Below are positions 1-9,411 of a stretch of DNA of 64,000 nt, piece after piece. The number at the start of each line of letters is the position of its first letter. Position 1 is the stretch's first letter. Made by a program: the position numbers and the translations under genes. Source of the stretch: an uncultured Nitrospiraceae bacterium. Lineage in GTDB: Bacteria > Nitrospirota > Nitrospiria > Nitrospirales > Nitrospiraceae. The stretch lies in NCBI GenBank assembly GCA_963706325.1, contig CAVPLT010000007.1, forward strand, positions 64,001 to 128,000, given 5' to 3'. The notes below the pieces were generated by a model, which was given only the letters and a program-made list of their open reading frames with translations, was not told the DNA's origin and made no database searches.

Positions 1-688
1 CCTTGGCATTGGTCACATCTTTGAACGCGGCAGCCACCGCTTCGGGCGGATCGACATCCTGCAGTTGTACCGCGGCAATTTGCACGCCGGTCTTATAGTC
101 GTCCAGGATGTGTTGGAGGAGCTCCTGGGTGTCGTTCTGGATTTGCGCTTTGCCGGTGGTGAGGGCTTCGTCGATCTTGCTCTTGCCGATCACTTCCCGC
201 ATCGAGGCTTCCGCCGCCTTCCCGATCGTCTCGTCGATATCCGCCACATTGAATAGGTACTCGCGTGAACTTTTGATCTTATATTGGACGATGAATTCAA
301 TCGCCAAGATGTTCATATCGCCGGTTAACATCAAGGCTTCTTGCGGTACCATCTGCTGACGCCCTTGACGATCCTTTCGAAACCCAATTTCCACGCGATG
401 GAGCTTGGCAACCTTGGGCTGCAGCACGCTTTCGACAATGGGAATTTTCAAGTGCGGCCCTGGATCAACGACTCGAACCGGAATGCCGAAGCGTTTGACG
501 ACCCCTTCTTCGTCCGGCGCCACAATGAAGGCGCTTTGCCAAATGAGAAAAATGGCGAGCGCGACGATTAAGAGATTGCGTAATCCGCTGGAGGGCAACA
601 GATCGCGAAGCTGGCCTCGGGCCTGTTGGAAGGCCTGGTCCAAGTCATCGCCCTTTTTGCTCCACGGATCTTTAGGGTCCCAGGCCAT
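1..688 (-). CDS. hflK: FtsH protease activity modulator HflK (SPFH/band-7), 3' end runs off the window
   Basis: Translated by hand from ATG at 688: MAWDPKDPWSKKGDD..., one TM helix, then IVAPDEEGVVKRFG...EALMLTGDMNI...VQLQDVDPPEAVAAAFKDV, typical of HflK. Absent from the ORF track because there is no stop in the window. Confidence 0.9.
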   Translation of the reverse strand, partial: MAWDPKDPWSKKGDDLDQAFQQARGQLRDLLPSSGLRNLLIVALAIFLIWQSAFIVAPDEEGVVKRFGIPVRVVDPGPHLKIPIVESVLQPKVAKLHRVEIGFRKDRQGRQQMVPQEALMLTGDMNILAIEFIVQYKIKSSREYLFNVADIDETIGKAAEASMREVIGKSKIDEALTTGKAQIQNDTQELLQHILDDYKTGVQIAAVQLQDVDPPEAVAAAFKDVTNAK

Positions 689-966
689 ACGTGACTCAAT
701 TCAGTAAAGTGGCAAAGACGCCAACGGTGCACCTTAACAAAGTGAGCAACGGCGAGCAACAGGTAATAAGGAGCCACAAGGATAGCCACCCTCCATTATA
801 CGAAGAAGTCTGGCGTGAGGAACCAAATGCGGGCTCTTGCGAAGCGGTCAGAAAGGTTTTGCGGTAGGCCGTCCCTATCGTTCTTCCTAGTTCGGTGTCC
901 CGCCTCCACATGATAGAAGGGCCGCCGGATCGGTGTTCAACGGTTGGCTACATTATGGAGGGTGCA

Positions 967-1554
967 ATGAAAGGTCGGGCCATGCAGAAGCTGTTGCGGA
1001 TAGGATTGTTGATGGGTGTGGTGCTGGCGTACTCATCTGGTGACGGCGGCGCGGCGGAATGGGTCCATGAAGGAATGGCTGAACCGGGAAAGTGGACGGC
1101 GGGTTTCCGTGTAGGGCCAAGCTTTATCACGCAACCGAGCAATCTGAACACCACTGGACCAGCGCTTAACTTTCAAGCTCTCTACGGAATCAACCGGTGG
1201 TTCAGGCTAGGGGCCATGCTTGAATGGGAGAACCATGGCTTCGATCGTGTCCGAAGATCCTTGGATACTGTCACGCTGCTTCCCCTCATGCTCGAATATC
1301 GGCCCGGGCATATCGGCGAAGTCATTCCCTATCTGTCGACCGGTATTGGCGTGAATATCAACAGCAACGATGTGAAGGACACCTTTGCCTGGAGAACGGC
1401 GGGTGGCCTGGATTATGCGCTGACGAACTGGTTCTCCGGCGCTCCAAAAGGGTTGATGTTGAACACTGAAGTGGCCTGGAAGCGCAATGCCGCCGATGTC
1501 GGCGAGGCATCTGCAATCAGCATGATCTTCGGCGTGCGGTACACGTTTCAATAG
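967..1554 (+). CDS. Outer-membrane beta-barrel protein (OmpA/OmpW-like 8-strand family)
   Basis: Signal peptide, PYLSTGIGV and AGGLDY beta-strand motifs, C-terminal GVRYTF(Q) BAM-type motif; GGAGG precedes ATG 967. Confidence 0.75.
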   Translation: MKGRAMQKLLRIGLLMGVVLAYSSGDGGAAEWVHEGMAEPGKWTAGFRVGPSFITQPSNLNTTGPALNFQALYGINRWFRLGAMLEWENHGFDRVRRSLDTVTLLPLMLEYRPGHIGEVIPYLSTGIGVNINSNDVKDTFAWRTAGGLDYALTNWFSGAPKGLMLNTEVAWKRNAADVGEASAISMIFGVRYTFQ

Positions 1555-1565
1555 TCCCTATGATG

Positions 1566-1609
1566 GAGCGGGTGCCGGCCGCTGCCGCAGGGCGAGCCGG
1601 CATTCGCTC
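1566..1609 (+). terminator. GC-rich hairpin after the OMP gene (possible terminator)
   Basis: GAGCGGGTGCCGGC pairs with GCCGGCATTCGCTC (with G-U pairs); no strong U-tract. Confidence 0.4.
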
Positions 1610-1707
1610 GTCGAGAAGGTCGCCTCCCCCAATAGCAGGACCAGGGAAAGTGCTAGCTGCGTCTTGAGCAGCTGCCTACTACTCTTGCTTATACGTGGAG
1701 GAAGATT

Positions 1708-2868
1708 GTGCTGCGACGAACGGTGTCTATAAAATCTCCGACGACCCTGCGTTTATCGAATCGCCGTCCCGCCAGGCGCATCCGTTATGCCATCGTCGGG
1801 CTGGGTCACATCGCGCAGGTAGCGGTGTTACCGGCGTTCGCCCACGCCCGATCCAATTCGGATGTCACGGCGCTCGTGTCGGATGATCCGGAGAAGCTGC
1901 GGCAGATCAGTAAAAAATATCGCGTTCCGTATACCTATACCTACAAGCAATTTGACCAATGTTTGCGTGATGGGCACATTGATGCCGTGTACATTGCGCT
2001 TCCGAACCATTTGCATTGTGAATACGCCGTGCGAGCAGCGAAAGCCGGCATTCATGTGTTGTGCGAAAAGCCTATGGCCGTCACCCAGCAGGAATGCCGG
2101 CGAATGATCGAAGCCGCTGAGAAAGCCCACGTAAAACTCATGGTGGCCTACCGGCTCCATCTGGAAGAGGCGAACTTAAATACCGTTCAGCTGGCCCGCT
2201 CTGGAAAACTCGGTAACCTGCGACTGTTCAATTCCGTTTTTACGATGCAGGTACGAGAAGGGGACATCCGGCTGAGTAAGCAACTGGGTGGTGGCACGCT
2301 CTATGATATCGGGGTCTACTGTATCAACGCCGCGCGATATTTATTTCGAGACAATCCAACCTCGGTCAGCGCGTTCGCGGTCCAAGGAGAAAATCGGCGC
2401 TTTAAAGAGGTCGATGAAATGACCGCCGCGTTGTTACATTTTCCGGGGGACCGCTTGGCCACGTTTATCTGCAGCTTTGGGTCGACCGATGTGTCCGCAT
2501 ACGACCTCGTGGGAACCAAAGGCCTGGTACGAATGGATCCCGCATACGAGTATGTGGGCTCTCTCAAGCAACAGATCTCGCTCAACGGAACAACCAAGAT
2601 CCGGGAGTTCCCTCCGCGCGACCAATTCGCGCCTGAGCTCGTCTATTTCTCACAGTGCATTTTGAAGAATACCGAGCCGGAACCAAACGGCTTGGAGGGG
2701 CTTATTGACGTACAGATCGTGCAGGCCCTGTATCGCTCTACGAAAAGCGGCAAGCCAGTCACTTTGCGGCCAATAGAGAAGCAGCAATGGCCCACCATAA
2801 AGCAAGTGGTCCGGCGGTCGCCCGTCTCAAAGCCCAGGCTTGTGAAGGTGAAGTCGCCTTCGCTCTGA
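1708..2868 (+). CDS. Gfo/Idh/MocA family oxidoreductase (glucose-fructose oxidoreductase-like)
   Basis: IRYAIVGLGHIA Rossmann fold, DAVYIALPNHLH, HVLCEKPMA, GGGTLYDIGVY. Confidence 0.92.
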   Translation: MLRRTVSIKSPTTLRLSNRRPARRIRYAIVGLGHIAQVAVLPAFAHARSNSDVTALVSDDPEKLRQISKKYRVPYTYTYKQFDQCLRDGHIDAVYIALPNHLHCEYAVRAAKAGIHVLCEKPMAVTQQECRRMIEAAEKAHVKLMVAYRLHLEEANLNTVQLARSGKLGNLRLFNSVFTMQVREGDIRLSKQLGGGTLYDIGVYCINAARYLFRDNPTSVSAFAVQGENRRFKEVDEMTAALLHFPGDRLATFICSFGSTDVSAYDLVGTKGLVRMDPAYEYVGSLKQQISLNGTTKIREFPPRDQFAPELVYFSQCILKNTEPEPNGLEGLIDVQIVQALYRSTKSGKPVTLRPIEKQQWPTIKQVVRRSPVSKPRLVKVKSPSL

Positions 2869-3005
2869 TCACGGCTGTCAGGGATTATGCGAGACGCATT
2901 TCAACAACTCGTATTGGGTTGCAGTAGTCGATAGGAAGCCGCTCCAGAATCAGGGCCCCTGCCAGACACGGTGTGAGCGATGAATGTCGCCAGGGCGCTT
3001 GTTTA

Positions 3006-4046
3006 TTATGAGGTCAAGGCCCCGCCGCAGGATGAGCCGGACCCTGCCGTGCACCCATAGCAATGGTTCCTCGTCACGATCCGTCGGCGGTGTAATGATG
3101 ACAAATCGAAGTCTCGGATATGCCGTGGGATTCCCTGCGAGACCGGTAACTCCAGCATCTGATTGAAGTCACAGTCGTACAACGTGCCGTCCCATCCGAC
3201 CGAGAGTGTAGAGCGGCACATCACGCCTGCCGCCGCTGCGGGATTGAACGCAGCCGCCAGACGTTCCATGTAATCTTCATAGTTGCCGCTTTCTCTCAAA
3301 AACTCCAGAAACCTGCTGATCGGCATATTAGTGATGGTGTAGAGATGCGTGAAGCTGACTCCGTGTCGTCCCGCCAGTTCCTTCCGGAACTGCGCTTCTA
3401 TCCCTGCCTGCTTCGGGGGGAGAAACGCGCCGACCGGGTTGTACACGAGGTTCAACGTCAGTCCGGTTCCTTCCTTGCCGTAACCGAGGTCGTTTAATAG
3501 CCGCAGGGCCTCTACCGACTTGTGAAAAATTCCCTCGCCGCGTTGGGCGTCCGTCTGAGACGCTTGATAGGAAGGCAGCGACGCAATGACCTCCACCCGG
3601 TGCTGAGCCAGGAACTCGCCGAGGTTGGCCTGGGAAGGGAGGAGGAGCACGGACAGGTTGCATCGATCCAGCACATGGCGGCCTAACGAGCGAGCCTGCT
3701 CGACCAGCCACCGAAAGTGAGGATTCAATTCAGGAGCGCCGCCCGTAATGTCCAGGGTGGGGATGTCGGTGCAAGCAAGGGCTTGCAGACAGAGGTCCAT
3801 CGTGTCTTTCGACATGACTTCCGTTCGATCCGGACCGGCATCCACGTGGCAATGTCGGCAGGTCTGGTTGCAAAGCTTTCCGACATTCAGTTGGAGCGTC
3901 GTGATACCGGTTGCCTCCAGAGGAAAGAGCCCGGCGTGACCGAGCGCGGTTTCGAAAGGCGGGCAGGCTGTCGTTTCTGCCAACAGACGCAGCTGTTCCG
4001 AAGGCGCCGCGAGCGGGTCCCGTCGAGCGAGCAGACTTAGACCCAT
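3006..4046 (-). CDS. arsS: Arsenosugar-biosynthesis-type radical SAM protein (ArsS/DUF3641 family)
   Basis: CNQTCRHCH CxxxCxxC motif, DITGGAPELNP, C-terminal YDCDFNQ...HCYGCTAGSGSSCGG. Confidence 0.85.
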   Translation of the reverse strand: MGLSLLARRDPLAAPSEQLRLLAETTACPPFETALGHAGLFPLEATGITTLQLNVGKLCNQTCRHCHVDAGPDRTEVMSKDTMDLCLQALACTDIPTLDITGGAPELNPHFRWLVEQARSLGRHVLDRCNLSVLLLPSQANLGEFLAQHRVEVIASLPSYQASQTDAQRGEGIFHKSVEALRLLNDLGYGKEGTGLTLNLVYNPVGAFLPPKQAGIEAQFRKELAGRHGVSFTHLYTITNMPISRFLEFLRESGNYEDYMERLAAAFNPAAAAGVMCRSTLSVGWDGTLYDCDFNQMLELPVSQGIPRHIRDFDLSSLHRRRIVTRNHCYGCTAGSGSSCGGALTS

Positions 4047-4080
4047 CGAATCGATCCTTTCCTCGCCGCCGGTTTGGCGC

Positions 4081-5268
4081 TCAGCAACAATCGCCGGTGG
4101 AGCTGCAGCTCACCTCGGTGCCCTGTACACGTGTCGAAGCTCGGTTGTAGATCGTGAAGTGGGAACCATAGGCGTCTTGTGTCAGGACGCGCGTTGTTTT
4201 GGAACAGATTTCGAGCGGGACGCCCCGGTAGTACTGATGGTGATCGTCATCTTCCGCATGAATGATCGGACCGGTGAGCATCGCATAGTCTCCTTCCCAC
4301 AGGCAGGGCATTGGCTCCGGAAGCACGGCGCACCACCGGGGATCTGTGCTATCGATGAAGGTGGCCGTGGAGGCAATGATGAACAGGGACTGAAGCGGGA
4401 CACTTTGAAGGAGTTGCGTGGTACGTGGATCGATCGATTGCGGCACGCCCCGTCGATATTGCTGGCCGAGTTCATCCGTCACCGCGGAGAAGGGACCTCG
4501 CAGGGTGGCATAGAAAGGAGCCGCATGGTCGGTGAGGGGGCCGAATTTGTAGCCGGTGAGGGTGACCGATAAAAAATGAATGCCATCGATTGTTTGCCAG
4601 GGCGTGGATTTGATCTGATGCACGGCCTGGAAACCGGCGTCCACTATGCCGCTGATGTAGTCCTGTGCCTGCAAGGCGCCGGACAGGCAGTCGCCCCACT
4701 TGGCCGAATCGTGAACGAGGTACTGTGGAACGACCTGATCGGACACGATATCCGAAATCGTAAAGCGCCCGCCTGGCTTTAAGACTCGAAACATGTCACG
4801 AAACACCTTCCGCTTATCGGGCGCTAGGTTGATCACACAATTGGAAATAATCAGGTCGACGCTCGCATCCTCGACGGGCAGGGCATCGGCCATGCCTTTT
4901 CGGAACTCCATGTTCGACGCCTCATAGCCCAGGTTTGCGGCGACAAGGGGGGCATTTCGGCTGGCGATTTCCAGCATCGTGTCGGTCATGTCGATTCCGA
5001 TGACCTTGCCGGTCGGGCCCACGCGGCGAGCCGCTTCGAAACAATCGATGCCGCCGCCGGACCCAATGTCCAGCACGGTTTCGCCAGGTTGAACGGTATT
5101 GAGTCCGGCTGGGGTGCCGCACCCATAGGAAATGGTCAGGACTTCCTCTGGGACAAAGGACTTGAGGTCAGTAAAGTCATAGCCGGTCGGACAGCACATC
5201 TGTTCGCCCGTCGCTGCGGCCCGGGCATAGCGGTCGCTGACTTTCTGCTCAATGTCGTCGATAGCCAT
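4081..5268 (-). CDS. arsM: Arsenite methyltransferase-like SAM methyltransferase (ArsM/AS3MT family)
   Basis: [45 protein letters not shown]-terminal CC; AAGGAG precedes ATG 5268. Confidence 0.8.
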   Translation of the reverse strand: MAIDDIEQKVSDRYARAAATGEQMCCPTGYDFTDLKSFVPEEVLTISYGCGTPAGLNTVQPGETVLDIGSGGGIDCFEAARRVGPTGKVIGIDMTDTMLEIASRNAPLVAANLGYEASNMEFRKGMADALPVEDASVDLIISNCVINLAPDKRKVFRDMFRVLKPGGRFTISDIVSDQVVPQYLVHDSAKWGDCLSGALQAQDYISGIVDAGFQAVHQIKSTPWQTIDGIHFLSVTLTGYKFGPLTDHAAPFYATLRGPFSAVTDELGQQYRRGVPQSIDPRTTQLLQSVPLQSLFIIASTATFIDSTDPRWCAVLPEPMPCLWEGDYAMLTGPIIHAEDDDHHQYYRGVPLEICSKTTRVLTQDAYGSHFTIYNRASTRVQGTEVSCSSTGDCC

Positions 5269-5331
5269 ACGCTCCTTGCCGTCAAAGGGAGAATGCAACC
5301 GAATTGATCTATCAAGAGAATAGGCGGTAGG

Positions 5332-5711
5332 TCAACAACCACGGGAGGCAGGAGGGCCGAGCGAGAAGGCAGGGCCACCGGTCCGGCTGGGAACGTTGAA
5401 CTTATGCAGCGAAGTCACGAGGACCCCCACCAGGGCATTAAAATACTGCGGCTCACGGTCATGCCGGGGGGGCGTGCTGTTCATCTCTCGACCGGTGTAC
5501 GTGCAGGGACCGCCTGAGGCTTGGCAAATCCGATCGATGATCATGGAGTTCAAGCTCGGTATATTCCTATTCGCAAACCGGCTACTGATGCGGATCGGCC
5601 CAAGCGACGGAGTCGTTTGCCAACCCAGATGGCTGTCCCGCCGCCAAGCTGGTCGTAGAGCGACTTTCCAGGTGGCGACGCGGGGTTGCCGGGAAAGGAT
5701 CCAGTCCGCAT
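5332..5711 (-). pseudogene. Degraded group 1 truncated hemoglobin (trHbN/cyanoglobin)
   Basis: Three frames spell KSLYDQLGG / ANDSVAWAD / RISSRFANRNIPSLNSMIIDRICQASGGPCTYTGREMNST...FNALVG..VTSLHKFNVP; at least two frameshifts, and the proximal His is absent. Confidence 0.8.
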
Positions 5712-5850
5712 ATCGTCGTCCCCGCTGTCCCCGCCGAGGCGGCCCACAGGGATCTTGACAGGAACTGTGTCAAGAACGGACACTAGCGCTCCTTGGCCGG
5801 TGGGGCGTGATGCGCTGGCCATCGGGTCCGATAACCCTAAGAGGGTTGCC

Positions 5851-7164
5851 ATGGATCAACGCCGTTCCGCTCCTTCTCCCGTCATACTGACATGCTTTTC
5901 CGGACCAGATCAGGGCAAGCGCCTCGCCTTCAAAGACACCCAGTCCACGTTGGGCCGCTCAGTGCAATGCGATCTCCTCAGTGATGATCAGGATGTCGCT
6001 GACCGGCATGTCCTCTTCCAATTGCAAGGTGAAAAGCCGCTCTGCCAGTCGATTGGGAATGCGCCCCTCTTCGTAGACGGGCAACGCGCGCAAGAGATCG
6101 GCATTCTGCCGGGGCAGCAGCTGCGTATCGGCCGCTCGTTGTGGCACCTAGGCGCAGCCGCGACGGCCTCACCGGCCGAAGGATGGTTCGAGGATATTAC
6201 GGGCCGCATCAGTTCGGTTGCAGGAGTGGAAAAGATTCAGGGGTTTGACGCGCGGGAGATGTTCTCCGAAGTCTTTCGTTCGCGGTCGGACGAACATGTG
6301 GAGGAACATTTCACCGTCGGCACTCCTTCCACCACGCCGCCCCTGTCGGCTGTCGACACCACCTGGCCCAAACCCTGGGTGTTCTTCAAAACTTTTACGT
6401 TTTCTGTGCTGGTCTATGTGTGTTTCGTGTTTGCCGTCGAGGAATTTCACAACCCGAAACTCCTACCGGGTCTGATCATGACCGGCACCTTCCTGATTCC
6501 CGTGTCTCTACTGATCTTCTTTTTTGAAATGAATGTGCTGCGGAATGTGTCGCTGTATCAGGTCGTGAAACTCGTCATGCTCGGGGGAATCATGTCGCTG
6601 ATTCTCTCGCTCTTTCTCTTTCAGTGGACGGACCTCGGAACCTGGCTGGGCGCCATGAGCGCGGGAATCGTGGAAGAGGTCGGCAAGGCGGCGGCGTTGT
6701 TGCTGGTCATCAACAAAACGAAATACCGCTGGACCTTGAATGGGTTGCTGTTCGGCGCTGCTGTGGGGACCGGCTTCTCGGCCTTTGAATCGGCTGGATA
6801 TGCGCTATTGACCGGCCTGAGTTACGGGCAGGAGGCCATGCTGCAGGTCATTACGCTAAGAGGCCTGCTCAGTATGCTGGGGCTCCACGTGGTGTGGACC
6901 TCGATGGTCGGGGCGGCGCTGTGGCGAGCGCGAGGCGATCGGACATTCAGCCTCGAGATTCTTAAAGACCCCCAATTTGTTCGGATCTTCCTGCTCGCCA
7001 TGTCGCTTCACATGGCCTGGAACGCCCCCTTCAACCTGCCCTTCTATTTTAAGTATGTCATTTTGGGTTTCGTCGCCTGGGTCGTTAATCTCGCACTGAT
7101 TCAAGCCGGACTGAGGGAAGTGCGTGTGGCTCAGGATGTGATGAAGGCGTCGCAGGCTGCCTGA
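5851..7164 (+). CDS. FHA domain fused to a PrsW-family intramembrane glutamic protease
   Basis: N-terminal FHA-like region (GPDQGKR..TLGRSVQCDL...VADRH); PrsW motifs AGIVEEVGK, GFSAFESAGY, LHMAWN. Confidence 0.82.
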   Translation: MDQRRSAPSPVILTCFSGPDQGKRLAFKDTQSTLGRSVQCDLLSDDQDVADRHVLFQLQGEKPLCQSIGNAPLFVDGQRAQEIGILPGQQLRIGRSLWHLGAAATASPAEGWFEDITGRISSVAGVEKIQGFDAREMFSEVFRSRSDEHVEEHFTVGTPSTTPPLSAVDTTWPKPWVFFKTFTFSVLVYVCFVFAVEEFHNPKLLPGLIMTGTFLIPVSLLIFFFEMNVLRNVSLYQVVKLVMLGGIMSLILSLFLFQWTDLGTWLGAMSAGIVEEVGKAAALLLVINKTKYRWTLNGLLFGAAVGTGFSAFESAGYALLTGLSYGQEAMLQVITLRGLLSMLGLHVVWTSMVGAALWRARGDRTFSLEILKDPQFVRIFLLAMSLHMAWNAPFNLPFYFKYVILGFVAWVVNLALIQAGLREVRVAQDVMKASQAA

Positions 7165-7190
7165 GCGGGCGCTCAAGGCAGCACGACCAG

Positions 7191-7565
7191 TTACCGCGGA
7201 TCTCTCACCCACGCACGCCACCACCACCATCCATAGGCCACGACGTTTACACCTATCACCATCATCCCTAAGATCAGTTGAATATCGCGAGTCAGTCTCG
7301 CCGGATACAGCCACGGCAGGAGATAGCGCTCGATAAAGTCGGCGTCGTAGGTCGCGGAGCCGGCCAACTCTCTCAGCCTATTTTCTAACGGCGTAAGCGG
7401 ACAGATCCATCCAGTGAATTCCACGATGGCGCCCCAGGCCGCGGCCGGCAGGTGCAGCCAAACGAGTCGTGGCCATTTCAAGAGCAGTAGACCACCCGCC
7501 ACCGCGAACAACACGAAGACCAGGTGGAGCAGCAGCACAAGATCGGCAAGGAAGCCGTACCACAT
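7191..7565 (-). CDS. DUF2784 family membrane protein
   Basis: ADLVLLLHLVF...WLHLPAAAWG...WICPLTPLENRLR...FIERYL. Confidence 0.88.
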   Translation of the reverse strand: MWYGFLADLVLLLHLVFVLFAVAGGLLLLKWPRLVWLHLPAAAWGAIVEFTGWICPLTPLENRLRELAGSATYDADFIERYLLPWLYPARLTRDIQLILGMMVIGVNVVAYGWWWWRAWVRDPR

Positions 7566-7617
7566 GGCCGCCAGTGTGCAGAGAGTGGGTTCATGAATGC
7601 AATGAAAGCGGGAAGAA

Positions 7618-8190
7618 TCAGAATAGGCGAGGCGGGGCTTCCCGGTCGGCCGGTAGGGGATAGAGCAGACGTTCGCCCTGCAGAACGGCAAAGGCTGTGA
7701 GGCGATGTGTCTGTACCTGGCCTGGTCCCAGAATATGCCACACGTCCCAGCCGCTCGTCAGGAGTCTGTCGGCGATCAGCGACCGATGGCAGCGCCAAGG
7801 GACGGCCTCCGCGCACATAACGACCGTTCGCGATCGAGTGGCCTCCGCCATCAAGGTTTCCAGAGCCTGCTGAAATTCTTCGGTCTGCATATAGTCCGCA
7901 TACCCTCGAAAGCTGGCGTTCTTCCACCCCTTGTTGGGGGAGTCCGGGCTCGCCACCCGTCGGCCTCCCAAGTTCGGCATGTGTCGGTATGTCAGTCCGG
8001 CTTGGGTGAGACTCTCCGCCAGCGCGTCGGAGTGGAAATGCGGGTAGCGTCGCGATCCCGGATACCGCCGAACGTCGACGAGCCCCGCGATCCCCTGCGC
8101 GCTCAGCAGCGCAAGAAACTCTTCGTTTGTTCGGGTCGAATGGCCAATGGTCCAGAGGGTCGGCGCGGTCGTAAGTGGTGGAAGGTTCAT
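7618..8190 (-). CDS. DUF488 family protein
   Basis: TIGHSTR, LVDVRRYPGSRR, LGGRR, FRGYADYM, MCAEAVPWRCHRSLIAD. Confidence 0.9.
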   Translation of the reverse strand: MNLPPLTTAPTLWTIGHSTRTNEEFLALLSAQGIAGLVDVRRYPGSRRYPHFHSDALAESLTQAGLTYRHMPNLGGRRVASPDSPNKGWKNASFRGYADYMQTEEFQQALETLMAEATRSRTVVMCAEAVPWRCHRSLIADRLLTSGWDVWHILGPGQVQTHRLTAFAVLQGERLLYPLPADREAPPRLF

Positions 8191-8199
8191 GTTGCGATC

Positions 8200-8622
8200 C
8201 TACGATAGCAACGCTGTTGGTCTCGCAATCACGGACAAGTCTCCATAGCTGCCGGTGTCCCCGCAGAGTGTGGCGAACGGGAGTAGAAGTTGGGCGCTGG
8301 GAGGGACCGCAGCATTACGCGCCCAGGCCGCCAGATCTTGAGGATCCTCAAGTATATCCAGCGGTACTTCGTAATATCGCGCAAGAATACGCCGCGGGCT
8401 GGGACGGAACGGTTGCATGCCGCGTGAGCGATAAAATGGTTGCGTCAGGTCATGAGTTTTGAAAAAGAGTCGCCCTCTATGGATAATAGCGAAAAATCTC
8501 CCTTGAAAGTAAAGGCCGTAACCGCCGAACATGGCCCTGCCGGTGAGGTCCGGCATCGCGCTGAGCTGATCCAACACAAAATCTTTGAAACTGTCACTGC
8601 GCCTGCGCCGAGGTGGCCCCAT
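8200..8622 (-). CDS. TfoX/Sxy N-terminal domain protein
   Basis: FVLDQL...RAMFGGYGLY...LFFKT...PF...YYEVP.DILED. Confidence 0.82.
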   Translation of the reverse strand: MGPPRRRRSDSFKDFVLDQLSAMPDLTGRAMFGGYGLYFQGRFFAIIHRGRLFFKTHDLTQPFYRSRGMQPFRPSPRRILARYYEVPLDILEDPQDLAAWARNAAVPPSAQLLLPFATLCGDTGSYGDLSVIARPTALLS

Positions 8623-8811
8623 CAGATTCCTGCCGTACAAGCCGATCAGACGAACATCGTTCCTTCGCAGTCGACAGTCCGATGTGGACGGCTGACTAGA
8701 CCATTAGGAATGCGCGATCTCTACAACCTTCGCCCGGGGCGCACGCTCCGCTGCCGGCAGAAGGTCACGCCGGCCTCATTACTTGCGGCGCACTGTGCAA
8801 CATTGCGCAGA

Positions 8812-9246
8812 TCATTTCAATGCCTGCAGAGACTCGCGTAGTTCCCGCACCTCCGTAGCAAAGAGTTCCAGATGCTGGCTGCGTTGGGGTTGATCGTCTT
8901 TAAACTTCCAGACTCGCTTGAAAATTGCCCGCAACTCTTTGTTGTGCGTCACGGCTAGCGCATAGGCCGGCGTCTCGCGTTTGTCCTTGTCGACGCAGCA
9001 AATGGTGTTGTCGAAAGCATGCCACTGGTTATGCAAGTCATTGAAGGCTTGATCGTCCCCCCGTCCGTTTTGACCGGCTTTCGCGGTCGTCTCCATCATA
9101 TTGGTCAGATTGATCAGGGTCTCGATGGTGTCGGCGCCCTTGGCCTTTTCGGTAAATTCCTTCGCATGCGGATAGAAAAGATAGCTGCAGCCGCTGGTGG
9201 TGAGTATCACCAGCCCGATCACACCAGCCAGTAGAACCTGTCGCAT
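8812..9246 (-). CDS. Hypothetical lipoprotein (helical bundle)
   Basis: AAGGAGG precedes ATG 9246; lipobox TSGC; His-containing helices. Confidence 0.7.
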   Translation of the reverse strand: MRQVLLAGVIGLVILTTSGCSYLFYPHAKEFTEKAKGADTIETLINLTNMMETTAKAGQNGRGDDQAFNDLHNQWHAFDNTICCVDKDKRETPAYALAVTHNKELRAIFKRVWKFKDDQPQRSQHLELFATEVRELRESLQALK

Positions 9247-9411
9247 AGAAGCCTCCTTTGTTAGGGTTCTCGACCCTCGTAAATCAGCTTGGTCGATTGA
9301 GCCGGTTAATTCAACCGGTATTTGCTGAGTCCGTGCTCGTAGGTCCACGTAGGTTCATGTGTAAGGACGGCCTGGGCTTGTTCGCGCAGGTATGAGCCGG
9401 TACAGTGAATC

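Noticed and set aside
3006..3060. Selenocysteine recoding in the ArsS C-terminus
   Set aside because: The GSSCGG position is a normal Cys codon and the ORF ends in TAA.
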